Part shown: piece after piece, positions 44,115 through 52,876 of the stretch
How the letters are laid out: each line of letters opens with the position of its first letter
Position numbering within the stretch: the first letter of the stretch is position 1
Origin: Dehalococcoidia bacterium
GTDB lineage: Bacteria > Chloroflexota > Dehalococcoidia > Lucifugimonadales > UBA2985
Length of the DNA stretch: 64,000 bases
Direction: 5' to 3'
Assembly (NCBI GenBank): GCA_965261605.1
Contig: OZ253466.1
Location: 2,401,210 to 2,465,209, forward strand
The notes under the pieces: generated by a model
What the model saw: the letters and a program-made list of their open reading frames with translations, nothing else
The model's database searches: none
What the model was told of the DNA's origin: nothing
Made by a program: the position numbers and the translations under genes

Positions 44115-44714
44115 CTATTCGCTGATGGTGCCCTTGGTGCTGGGCACGTCTCCGGCTATGCGCGGGTCGATGGCGACGGCTTGGCGTATCGCCCGGGCCA
44201 GCGCCTTGAAGAGAGCCTCCGCTTTGTGGTGCTCATTGGCTCCGTAGAGGATCTCGGCGTGGAGGTTCAGCCGTCCCTCAAGGGCAAACACCTCCAGAAA
44301 GTGGCGCACGAGGTCTGAAGGCAGGTCCCCTATGTGTGAGTCTTGGAAGGGCGTCTTGACCACTGCATAGGGCCTACCTCCAACATCCACGGCAACCAGG
44401 GCCAGGGTCTCGTCCAGAGGAACCATAATATGACCCATTCGGACTATACCTCTTCCCTCCCCTATTGCCTGATGGAGCGCCTGTCCCAGGACTATTCCTA
44501 CGTCCTCCACCAGATGGTGCCAGCCCGGGGACATATCGCCCTTGGCGGAAACAGTGATGTCCATCAGGCCGTGTCTGGCCAGCTGCTCTATGAGGTGGTT
44601 GAACATCCCGTTGGGGGTGTCTACCGAGTACTGGCCCGTCCCGTCCAGGTCAATGGTCACGCTTACCTGGGTCTCTCGGGTGTCTCTTGTGAGGGAAGCA
44701 GTACGATTGCTCAC
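44115..44714 (-). CDS. hisB: Imidazoleglycerol-phosphate dehydratase (monofunctional)
   Basis: 199 aa, with RETQVSVTIDLDG, GWHHLVED and GANEHHKAEALFKA. There is no N-terminal HAD phosphatase domain. Confidence 0.95.
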   Translation of the reverse strand: MSNRTASLTRDTRETQVSVTIDLDGTGQYSVDTPNGMFNHLIEQLARHGLMDITVSAKGDMSPGWHHLVEDVGIVLGQALHQAIGEGRGIVRMGHIMVPLDETLALVAVDVGGRPYAVVKTPFQDSHIGDLPSDLVRHFLEVFALEGRLNLHAEILYGANEHHKAEALFKALARAIRQAVAIDPRIAGDVPSTKGTISE

Positions 44715-44799
44715 TATCTATCTCCACGCTTGCTGGAGTCGTTTGGCTCGCATGTCAGCGCACCTTCGGGGAAGCGGTGAGGCTTCACGCGGGCTTGGA

Positions 44800-45912
44800 C
44801 TACCGCAGTTCCGCGATTATATCCTCCAGGGCTTCTACGACGACGTCCGTGTGCTCCGGCTTTCCTACGGATATTCGGAGTGAGTCTCTAAGCTGAGGTG
44901 TGTTGAAGTATCGCACAAAGATTCCGCGGCTCGCCAGCCCCTGAAACACCAGGGTTGCCTTGTCACGGGGCACGTCGAACAGCAGAAAGTTCCCGTGAGA
45001 GGGCCACACGCTGATCCCCTCTATGGCTGACAGCCTGGAGGAGAGGCGGTCCCGCTCCCCGACAATGGCCTCCACGTTGCGTTTCAGATAGGGAAGGTCT
45101 CCCAGAGAGGCCAGAAGGGCCACCTCTGCCGCGGCGCTGATGTTGTAGGGCTGCTTGATGTCCATGAGCAGCAGCTGGAGTCGCGGGTCCATGATGCCGT
45201 AGCCCAGGCGTAGGCCGGCCAGACCGGCCCATTTGCTCAGGCTCCGCAGCACCACAAGGTTGGGATACGTCGACACCAGGTGCGACACCGTGTGCCCGCT
45301 GAACTCGTAGTAGGTCTCGTCAATCACCAGCAGGAGGTCTTCCTCCAGCAGCCCCAGAACGACCTCCTCCGACACAAGGTTGCCGGTCGGGTTGTTGGGA
45401 GAGGCCAGGAAGACGGCCTTCGTGTTAGGCTCAATGGCATCCTTCACGGCGCCCAGGTCTACGTTGTACCGGTCGTCCCTTGGCACGGAGACCAGTCTCC
45501 CGCCGTTGACCTGGGTGCTGAAGGTGTACATCCCGAAGGTGGGCGGGCAGTCGATAACCCCTTCCTCGGACTCCAGTGTAGCTCTCAGCAGCAGGTCGAT
45601 GAGCTCGTCGGCCCCGGCTCCTACGATGATGTGGCTCGAGGGCGCGCCGGTGTACTCCTCAAGGGCGCTCCGCAGTGCATTCTGCCTGGCGTCCGGGTAG
45701 ATGTGGTAACCTTCGTGGCGGCCCAGCGCTTCCTGCACCCGCTTCGACGGCCCGTAGGGGTTCTCGTTACCGTTCAGCTTGATTATCCGCTCCGGCGGTA
45801 TCCCGGCCATCTCCGCCAGCGCTTCCGGCGAGTCTACGGCCTTGTATGGGTTCAACTCCCTGAGATCCCGACGAAAGAGGGATGTGATGTCCATTCTTTC
45901 AGATGCTTTCAT
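44800..45912 (-). CDS. hisC: Histidinol-phosphate aminotransferase
   Basis: 370 aa, class-II aminotransferase. It has LNGNENPYGP and the PLP lysine context SLSKWAGLAGLRLGY. Confidence 0.93.
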   Translation of the reverse strand: MKASERMDITSLFRRDLRELNPYKAVDSPEALAEMAGIPPERIIKLNGNENPYGPSKRVQEALGRHEGYHIYPDARQNALRSALEEYTGAPSSHIIVGAGADELIDLLLRATLESEEGVIDCPPTFGMYTFSTQVNGGRLVSVPRDDRYNVDLGAVKDAIEPNTKAVFLASPNNPTGNLVSEEVVLGLLEEDLLLVIDETYYEFSGHTVSHLVSTYPNLVVLRSLSKWAGLAGLRLGYGIMDPRLQLLLMDIKQPYNISAAAEVALLASLGDLPYLKRNVEAIVGERDRLSSRLSAIEGISVWPSHGNFLLFDVPRDKATLVFQGLASRGIFVRYFNTPQLRDSLRISVGKPEHTDVVVEALEDIIAELR

Positions 45913-45996
45913 ACTTCAGCACTCAGTTTACGAGCAGGCCAACTCGGGCGTCCTGCGATCATCTATCCGCGATCCGGCGGTCGCGGTACAAGTTGA

Positions 45997-47334
45997 CTAA
46001 CCATTTCTGGGCGTCCTGTTCTGTATCTCCGCCCGGATCTCCACCGCGCGTGCGTGGGCGTCGAACCCTTCGGCTCGGGCAATGGTAGCTGCGGTCTTTG
46101 CCAGGCGGAGCGCCGTCTGGGGGTCCAGGTCTACTACCGGCATCCTTCGCAGGAATTCCGTCGCTCCCAGGTAGGAGTTGAATCGGGCGGTGCCTCCGGT
46201 CGGCATAACGTGGCTTGGGCCTGCAACGTAGTCGCCCATCACCTCCGGCGAGAAGTCTCCCAGGAAGACGCCGCCAGCGTTGTGCACCTTGTCCACGCAG
46301 CGCCAAGGCTCTTTGACCATCAGGCACAGGTGCTCCGGGGCGTAGTGATTGGCCAGATCCAGGGCATTGTCCAGGGTGTCCACTACCACAATAGCCCCCC
46401 TTGCCTCTATGGACGCTTGGGCAGTCTCCTTGCGGGAGAGGCTGTCCAACTGCTTTTGGAGTTCCTCCTGGATGAGAGGCGCCAGCCTCTCCGACATGGT
46501 AATCAGGATTGGGGTAGCCAGCATATCGTGCTCCGCCTGCCCAAGAAGGTCGGCGGCGCAGAGCGCGGGGTTGGCGTCGTCGTCCGCTACAATCAGGGTT
46601 TCCGTCGGCCCTTCCAGGCCATCGATCTTTGTTTCTCCGTAGACCATCTTCTTGGCCAGGGTCACGAAGATGTTGCCGGGCCCGCACACCATGTCCACTT
46701 TGGGAATGGTATCCGTGCCGTAGGCTAGCGCTGCTATAGCCTGGGCGCCTCCAACCTGAAAAATCCTGTTCACCCCGGCGATGAGGGCTGCGGCCATGAC
46801 CGCGGGGTTGGGCCCTCGGTCGCCCTGGGGCGGTGTAGCCAGCACAATCTCCTTCACGCCCGCCACTTTAGCCGGGATGGCGGTCATAAGCACAGTGGAT
46901 GGGTAGGATGCCAGGCCGCCCGGGCTGTAGATGCCCACACGCTCTATCGGAGAGATTATCTCCCCGAAGCCTCTCTCCATATCCATCCAGGACCGGGGCA
47001 GGCCGGCGACGTGAAAGTCGCGTATCCGGCCCACGGAGCGCCGTAGCGCCTCCCGCGTCTCCTGGGGCGCCTCTTCTGCAATCCGAACTACGGTATCTCG
47101 GTCAAGCTCCATTTCCTCAAGCTCTACTCCGTCGATGCGCCTAGTGTACTCGCGCACGGCGTCATCGCCGCGAAGGGCTACATCCGACACAATGCGGCTC
47201 ACAGCCCCCTCCGGGGTCAGGTCCTCGCCGAAGATTCTCTTGATGCCCTCCAGCAGCTCCGGCGGCGTGGAGTGGCCTTCGGACGTCCTTGAGAGGGCCT
47301 TCCTGCCCTCGTCCATACCACGAACTACCCTCAC
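45997..47334 (-). CDS. hisD: Histidinol dehydrogenase
   Basis: 445 aa, with GGAQAIAALAYGT and LGQAEHD motifs. The start is GTG 47334 (GTGA overlap with the upstream stop) or ATG 47316. Confidence 0.95.
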   Translation of the reverse strand: MRVVRGMDEGRKALSRTSEGHSTPPELLEGIKRIFGEDLTPEGAVSRIVSDVALRGDDAVREYTRRIDGVELEEMELDRDTVVRIAEEAPQETREALRRSVGRIRDFHVAGLPRSWMDMERGFGEIISPIERVGIYSPGGLASYPSTVLMTAIPAKVAGVKEIVLATPPQGDRGPNPAVMAAALIAGVNRIFQVGGAQAIAALAYGTDTIPKVDMVCGPGNIFVTLAKKMVYGETKIDGLEGPTETLIVADDDANPALCAADLLGQAEHDMLATPILITMSERLAPLIQEELQKQLDSLSRKETAQASIEARGAIVVVDTLDNALDLANHYAPEHLCLMVKEPWRCVDKVHNAGGVFLGDFSPEVMGDYVAGPSHVMPTGGTARFNSYLGATEFLRRMPVVDLDPQTALRLAKTAATIARAEGFDAHARAVEIRAEIQNRTPRNG

Positions 47335-48095
47335 GGCAGATACCCTCTGGCAAAGCTCAGCAAGTCCTCAATGCTCCTCTCTCTGAACGCCGCCACGAGC
47401 TCCTCGGGCACGGCGCAGTATATCCGCTCCAAGGCGTCCGGAACGGACTCCAGGAACTCGTCCACCAACTCATTCAGCTTGTCTTCCGTCCCCTCGCCCT
47501 CCTGGCGGGCCACCCTCCGCGCCATGAATCGAAGCCTCTCCCAGGTGAACTCACCGCCCAGGGAGTTCTGGACCCATTCCCGCCATTCAACGAGGGTTTC
47601 CGCCGAGATAAAGCCTATGTCAACGTCCTTCTCGGCATCTGTCATAAAGGGCTTCAGCTCCGTCGTCCCGCCCATCGCCAGATGCTCCCTGCGATCCAGC
47701 TCCAGCTGAAGGGCGCGATCCATCAGGTTGCCGCGTAGCTTGTCTTCGAACACCTCGCGGTTGCCGAAGTACGGCCGGTACAGATTCAGTATCCACAGCT
47801 CGTCAGTGAACAGGTGACTGGCAAACCCTACAATGAACGCTTTGGTAGGCTCGTTGAGGTCAGAGGCTTGGGCCAGATTGGGGTGAGAGTGAAACAGACC
47901 CTCTATCCCATCCCCTTCCCTCTCGAAATCCAGCGGGACAAAGTGGGTGTCGTCGCGCTTTCCCCTGGTGATTATGCGTATGTCAGGGGACACGGACCCA
48001 AGGAGAAATGCGCCCATATTGTTGTTCAAAGTCGGGTGGTCCAGCCGCGAGGCGGCGTCCTTCGCCATTCCCAGGTGTGCGCTGAAGTTAGGCAT
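47331..48095 (-). CDS. Zinc-dependent phospholipase-C-fold metal hydrolase family protein embedded in the his operon
   Basis: ATG at 48095. The product is MPNFSAHLGMAKDAA...LLGSVSPDIR...DDTHF...FHSHP...FASHLFTDE... The N-terminal His, the SPD, THF and HSH motifs and the HxxxD ligand-like residues fit the Zn_dep_PLPC-like family. It starts 17 nt after the hisG stop, and its stop overlaps the hisD start. Confidence 0.68.
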   Translation of the reverse strand: MPNFSAHLGMAKDAASRLDHPTLNNNMGAFLLGSVSPDIRIITRGKRDDTHFVPLDFEREGDGIEGLFHSHPNLAQASDLNEPTKAFIVGFASHLFTDELWILNLYRPYFGNREVFEDKLRGNLMDRALQLELDRREHLAMGGTTELKPFMTDAEKDVDIGFISAETLVEWREWVQNSLGGEFTWERLRFMARRVARQEGEGTEDKLNELVDEFLESVPDALERIYCAVPEELVAAFRERSIEDLLSFARGYLP

Positions 48096-48112
48096 CGTTC
48101 TCTCTAAATCGA

Positions 48113-49189
48113 CTAGCTTCCGCCCAGCGCCTGGAGCATCGTCTCGTAGGAAGAGCACTGGTCCTGAAATACGTAATGGGCCTGGAACACGGTTATGCCG
48201 CTGCCGCCGATCTGACGCAGGTGGTCCACCGCCTCCAGCAGCCTCTCTCTTGGGACGACGGTGGTCACGGCGTACCACGTCTCCTCGTCTCTGCTGTACA
48301 CCCTGGATATGGTAGGCCCCGTCAGACCCGCCACCTCCGGGCGCTGGGCTACGTGGGCCGCCACCTCCTCCGGCGTATCGCCTCTGATGTTGGCCGTAAT
48401 GCTGAAGAAGTCTCTGGCGCGCAGGTACGCTTCTATGTGCTCCAGCAGGCCCCTGGTCTCCAGTCGCGAGGACTCACCCTGCGCCAGCAGCCGCCGGTTG
48501 CCGATGATGCATGCCTGAGACTTCAGGATGGTCCCGTCCACTATCATTTTGAGGCGGTTCTCCCTCATAGTGGTTCCGCTGGAGGAAATGTCGGCGATGA
48601 TGTCGGCGAAGCCCATTGCGGGCGCGGCCTCCAACGTGCCGCTCGACTGCACCAGCGAGAAGTAGTTCACGCCGTATCGGTAGAGATGGCGCTGGACCAG
48701 CCGGGGGTACTTCGTGGCGACCCGCAGGTCCCTTCCCCGCTCCCGCAGCTCGATCGACAGGTCAGCCAGGTCGCTCATGGAAGTCACGTCCATCCAGGAG
48801 TCCGGGATGCCCATGACAAGCTCACAGCGCCCGAAGCCCAGGTCCTCCTTCACCAGAAACGAGTCCCCGCCCTCCGCCCTCGACTCCAGAAAGCGGTCCA
48901 GCCCGGTAACGCCAAGGTCGGCGCTGCCCTCCTCCACCTTCAGCGGAATGTCCCCGGTCCTCTGGAACAGGACGCTGGTGTCGCGCAGATTGGGTATGGA
49001 GGCCGTGTATCGACGAGGGTTTGGGCGCTCTATGGGCACGCCGCTGCTTCGAAGGAAGCCCAGGGTCGATTCGTGGAGCTCACCGTCGCTGGGGATTGCT
49101 AGACGTAAGATGTCTCTCCTCCAATTCTCCTGACGGCAGGTCCAGAATGTTCTCAATTGTGTAGGCAAAGCCCAGGGCAGGCACGTCAT
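48113..49189 (-). CDS. hisG: ATP phosphoribosyltransferase, long form with a C-terminal regulatory (HisG_C) domain
   Basis: The catalytic core (LRLAIPSDGELHESTLGFL...DLGVTGLD...DISSSGTTMRENRL) is followed by about 105 extra C-terminal residues (...GLTGPTISRVYSRDEETWYAVTTVVPRERLLEAVDHLRQIGGSGITV). The true start is uncertain: ATG 49189 overlaps hisZ, and in-frame TTG codons lie downstream. Confidence 0.88.
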   Translation of the reverse strand: MTCLPWALPTQLRTFWTCRQENWRRDILRLAIPSDGELHESTLGFLRSSGVPIERPNPRRYTASIPNLRDTSVLFQRTGDIPLKVEEGSADLGVTGLDRFLESRAEGGDSFLVKEDLGFGRCELVMGIPDSWMDVTSMSDLADLSIELRERGRDLRVATKYPRLVQRHLYRYGVNYFSLVQSSGTLEAAPAMGFADIIADISSSGTTMRENRLKMIVDGTILKSQACIIGNRRLLAQGESSRLETRGLLEHIEAYLRARDFFSITANIRGDTPEEVAAHVAQRPEVAGLTGPTISRVYSRDEETWYAVTTVVPRERLLEAVDHLRQIGGSGITVFQAHYVFQDQCSSYETMLQALGGS

Positions 49190-50312
49190 CGTCGCCTCCC
49201 AGGGCCTTCACCAGGCCGTTGTAGCGACCGCCGCCGCCCAGGAACACGGGGCCGTCCGTGGTTAGGGTGATGATGTCGAAGACCATCCCTGTGTAGTAGG
49301 CGATTCCCCGCACCAGGCTAATGTCCACCTGCACGGATACGGAGGGGCAGCGCTCGTGGAAGCCGGCCAGCACATCCTCCAAGGGCGTCAGGACGTCCGG
49401 GCTGAGGCCGAATTCCTCAGTCACGGAGCGTATCTGGGGCAGCGCTCTCTCCTCGTCTCCGGCTATGGATGCGAGACGCGAGAACAGCGCAATGCCCGTC
49501 TCTATCCCCTTCGGGTCATCGACCCGTTGAAGCTTGTCGGTGAAGCGAGTCAGGATGTCCTCCATTGTGCGGCTGCCCAGGAGGCCGGTCAGGGACTCTT
49601 GGAACAGGTCCTGCAGCAGGTCAAAGGACTCCGCCTCGTCCCGACCCTCTATTAGCATTCGCAGCCCCCTGGCTGTGTCGTCGGATGTCAGCAGCCCCAG
49701 TGAGCGCGCCTGCTCCTGCACGCGCCTGCTCCCCTCCTCCCCATCCCTGAGGTGGTGGAAGCTCGCAATCAGGAATTCCTGTGCCCTGAGTGATATGCCC
49801 AGACCGTCCAGCATCCGGTGCAGCACCCCGATGTGCCCCACGATACAAAGAGGTTGTGCGACGCCCAGGAGTGTGAGTCCCTCGCGGGCCATTGCCAGCA
49901 CCTCGCCGTCGGACGACGGTTCGTCGGAGCCAATGATCTCCGCTCCCATCTGGTGAAACTGCCTGTACCCTGTCGACTCATCGTATCGAAAGACGGGGCC
50001 GTTGTACTGGAGCTTAAGGGGCAGAGGCTCAGTGTCGGCCCTCTCCAGGTAGTACTGTATGGCGGAGGACGTGAACTCCGGGCGGAGGCTCACCCTGTTG
50101 CCGCCCGGGTCGGTGAAGGTGTACATGCGCGCTGCCAGCTCTCCCCCGGACTTTCGGAGGAACAGCTCCGTAGGCTCCAGAAGGGGCGTGTCTATGCACT
50201 GGTAGCCGTGGGACGAGAAGAGATCCCGCATCCCGTCCTGGACGGCTGTCCTGCGCCCAAGCTCCTGTGGGCTCTCGTACTTCATCCCGGGCAATCGACG
50301 AATTGGCAGCAT
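49080..50312 (-). CDS. hisZ: ATP phosphoribosyltransferase regulatory subunit HisZ (HisRS paralog without an anticodon-binding domain)
   Basis: It has a class-II aaRS core (LRPEFTSS, FRYDESTGYRQFHQMGAE, GGGRYNGL...ALGFAY) and ends right after motif 3. It is the first gene of the his cluster. Confidence 0.85.
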   Translation of the reverse strand: MLPIRRLPGMKYESPQELGRRTAVQDGMRDLFSSHGYQCIDTPLLEPTELFLRKSGGELAARMYTFTDPGGNRVSLRPEFTSSAIQYYLERADTEPLPLKLQYNGPVFRYDESTGYRQFHQMGAEIIGSDEPSSDGEVLAMAREGLTLLGVAQPLCIVGHIGVLHRMLDGLGISLRAQEFLIASFHHLRDGEEGSRRVQEQARSLGLLTSDDTARGLRMLIEGRDEAESFDLLQDLFQESLTGLLGSRTMEDILTRFTDKLQRVDDPKGIETGIALFSRLASIAGDEERALPQIRSVTEEFGLSPDVLTPLEDVLAGFHERCPSVSVQVDISLVRGIAYYTGMVFDIITLTTDGPVFLGGGGRYNGLVKALGGDDDVPALGFAYTIENILDLPSGELEERHLTSSNPQRR

Positions 50313-50394
50313 AACGATAGCGTACCTCTTGGATTATATGTGAAGCATTGTACAATAACACTGGGGCTACTTCAACGCGAGGCGTCCCAGTACC

Positions 50395-50414
50395 CTTCCC
50401 CCTCAAGGGGGAAG
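50395..50414. repeat. Family-D hairpin unit (cttccccc-tcaa-gggggaag)
   Basis: Perfect 8-bp stem upstream of hisZ. Related units occur at 19499-19520 and 27905-27926. Confidence 0.55.
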
Positions 50415-50582
50415 ATTCAGAAGGGGGCGAACCCTAACCACACCCGTGCAAACGGGAATCCATAAGCGCATGTCGGGGCCCGCGTCTGGAGCCCACTGAT
50501 TATTGGTACATATTTTGTCGGCGCATGCTAGCACAATTCACGCATTATTCTCTACACAAAACAGAGTAGAATACTTAATTGA

Positions 50583-51125
50583 ATGGACGTTAGTGAATCT
50601 AGTCTAGTATGGAGGGCGAAGAAAGGCGACGCTGATTGCCTTGCAGAGCTAATCCAAATCCATTCCTCTCGTGCCTTTGCAGCAGCCTTTGCTATACTTA
50701 GAAACCGGCAGGACGCTGAGGAAGCATTTCAAGATGCAGCGATTCAGTCTGTGAAGTCCATCAGGGAGCTCAGGAATGAATCTGCATTCAGGACGTGGTT
50801 TATTAAGATCGTCGTAAACCGGGCAATAGACAGGCTACGTTACCGCCAAAGGGAGCTTAAGCGAATAGAACCTCTGACGGAATTGAACTCGTCTGTCCCT
50901 TCAGAAGACATTGAGATGCACATGGACCTGGTTAGAACTGTTGCTTTACTTCCACCCGATCATCAAGCCGTAATCCAGTTGTACTACGCGGAAGGCTATA
51001 GAACGCCTCAGATAGCGCAATTATTGGAGAAGCCGGAGGGAACTATAAGAAGGCTCCTGAGTGAATCCTATCGGATGCTTCGTCTTCATCTCAGGGAAGG
51101 TTATGAACCTCGAGCATCAGGTTGA
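50583..51125 (+). CDS. ECF-type RNA polymerase sigma factor
   Basis: 180 aa. The region-2 pattern is AEEAFQDAAIQSVKSIRELRNESAFRTWFIKIVVNRAID and region 4 is LPPDHQAVIQLYYAEGYRTPQIAQLLEKPEGTIRRLL. GC on a spot-counted line is about 50%. Confidence 0.88.
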   Translation: MDVSESSLVWRAKKGDADCLAELIQIHSSRAFAAAFAILRNRQDAEEAFQDAAIQSVKSIRELRNESAFRTWFIKIVVNRAIDRLRYRQRELKRIEPLTELNSSVPSEDIEMHMDLVRTVALLPPDHQAVIQLYYAEGYRTPQIAQLLEKPEGTIRRLLSESYRMLRLHLREGYEPRASG

Positions 51126-52029
51126 AGACTATTTTGCAGGCGCACTCAAAGAAGAGGAGCGCGCTGCATTCGAACAACATCTCGACTTCTGCGAGGATTG
51201 TAAGGATGCGCTTGAAGAGCTCAGGAAGCTGGATCTTCGGCTTTCGGAGGATCTATCTACAACTCGTTCGGCGCGCGAGCCACGAATAGAATGGCTAGAA
51301 CAAGTGAAAACCGATCTAGCTGCCGCCCGTCGAGGTCCCACTCGTTGGCTGGCCCCCGTTACCGTATCCGCGGTGGCAGTGGTGTTGGTTGTTCTCCTTA
51401 TTCTCCTTCAGCCCTGGACCAACTCCTCATTGACCCCAAACGAGATCCTCGCCGGAGCCCACGAGTCAACACTGAAGGACACCTTTATCGGCACTATTAC
51501 TGTGTCGGACGCGAATGCAACTATCCTAAAAGGGACATTTGAGTATGCCCGCAACGACAGGTGGTCCGTAACCACTCAAACAGCTTCTGGTCAGATGATC
51601 GAAGAGATTCATGCCGACGGACGGGTCTGGCAAAGACAGGACAAAGGGTCGTGGACTCTCCTCCGAGGGATGAATCCCATCTATACTATGCCACATAACA
51701 TAGGCCAACTAGACTCTATACCAGGGCTGATTGATTGTGTGAGTACGCTTTCAATGGTAGAGAGACTGGGGTCAGATACCTATAGTGGGGTGGACGAGCA
51801 ATGCTTCAATAGGGTTTCAGAAATATACCCGCCTAACGCGAACACTCTGTTGGATCGTTCGGCGGATCATCAACCTGAGGTGGTAGTGTCAGTCTCTGAA
51901 TCTGGCTTGATTGAGACAATCCAACTGCACCTGCAATCCCCGATAACCTCTGAGGATGACACAGTCGTAGTCGACCTCATGTTTGAGGAGTACGGTGTCC
52001 AAGTGCACGTAGAGCCTCCGGTGCCATAA
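51103..52029 (+). CDS. Anti-sigma factor (zf-HC2, single TM, extracytoplasmic domain)
   Basis: ATG 51103 follows GGGAAGG and overlaps the sigma gene end. The zf-HC2 motif is HLDFCEDCKDALEEL and the TM is WLAPVTVSAVAVVLVVLLILL. The C-terminal domain is about 200 aa. Confidence 0.75.
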   Translation: MNLEHQVEDYFAGALKEEERAAFEQHLDFCEDCKDALEELRKLDLRLSEDLSTTRSAREPRIEWLEQVKTDLAAARRGPTRWLAPVTVSAVAVVLVVLLILLQPWTNSSLTPNEILAGAHESTLKDTFIGTITVSDANATILKGTFEYARNDRWSVTTQTASGQMIEEIHADGRVWQRQDKGSWTLLRGMNPIYTMPHNIGQLDSIPGLIDCVSTLSMVERLGSDTYSGVDEQCFNRVSEIYPPNANTLLDRSADHQPEVVVSVSESGLIETIQLHLQSPITSEDDTVVVDLMFEEYGVQVHVEPPVP

Positions 52030-52068
52030 ACGCCCATACTCACTTCTATCGCGATCCAGGTGTGACGA

Positions 52069-52112
52069 TACTGTGGTGCGGAGGGGAGTTTCAACCCCTC
52101 CGCACCACAGTA
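52069..52112. terminator. 18-bp perfect stem-loop between convergent genes
   Basis: The stem arms are tactgtggtgcggagggg and cccctccgcaccacagta, with an agtttcaa loop. There is no clear U-tract, so it is terminator-like only. Confidence 0.45.
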
Positions 52113-52182
52113 TGACCACCATGTCATATAGCTGGAATACTGCTGTCCGCCTGTTTCGTCGGCGTTGGCGAAGCCCTCACAG

Positions 52183-52824
52183 TTATTGCCCGCTGGTCAA
52201 GGCAATGCTCTCCCGGACCTCTTGAAGGAATTGTTCTCCCGACATGTCACGATATTGCGCACTCATGCCGAACCTGGCCTGTGACATAGGTGAGACCCGG
52301 TCCAAAGCTAACATAAACTTGCCCTGTGGACCGTTTATGATCGTATAATCGTTGCCGTGAGGTGAATCAACCTGTCTCAGGAAGACGAGAGCTTCACACC
52401 CAACGGGCACTGCAGGGTGTGATTTACTCCAAAAGTGACCGAAGGTAATCTGAGCTTCCTGGATATCACCCTTTAGAACCTCGGTTACCTGGAAAGTGCT
52501 CACGATATAGCTCGGTGGCGCCCTGACTGGGAAATCTGTTTCTATTGGATCCTCTTCCGCCACGACTCTCCCGCGAGCAACGATTGGCGACTTCTCCACT
52601 AGAGTCGCCATGCTATCTGCCACAAGGTACTCAAGCATGGGTCCACTGTGGGTGTTTCCAACAATGGTATTAATATCCAAACACGCCTCGCCAGCCGCAA
52701 CCTCTTCTGAGGTGACTGGCGTCTCAGAATTCCCCCCTAAGTCGGCTGCAATTGCTCCAGCCACGGCGAGGGCAATTATCAGCGTTATAGGAAAAATCGC
52801 CAGCAACGAAGTTCTCTTAGTCAT
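52183..52824 (-). CDS. Secreted hypothetical protein (downstream of the metzincin gene)
   Basis: 213-aa ORF with signal/anchor MTKRTSLLAIFPITLIIALAVAGAIAA. No family was recognised. Confidence 0.5.
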   Translation of the reverse strand: MTKRTSLLAIFPITLIIALAVAGAIAADLGGNSETPVTSEEVAAGEACLDINTIVGNTHSGPMLEYLVADSMATLVEKSPIVARGRVVAEEDPIETDFPVRAPPSYIVSTFQVTEVLKGDIQEAQITFGHFWSKSHPAVPVGCEALVFLRQVDSPHGNDYTIINGPQGKFMLALDRVSPMSQARFGMSAQYRDMSGEQFLQEVRESIALTSGQ

Positions 52825-52876
52825 TCTATCCCTTCCTTCTCTCTATCCTATGATGAGATTTCATCGCAGGGTCATA

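Noticed and set aside
45959-46687. 242-aa minus-strand ORF
   Set aside because: It lies out of frame inside hisD and has no independent support.
48096-48278. 61-aa N-terminal extension of the PLC-fold protein ORF
   Set aside because: It overlaps the hisG C-terminus and is Arg/Gly/Pro-rich. MPNFSAH at ATG 48095 matches the family N-terminus.
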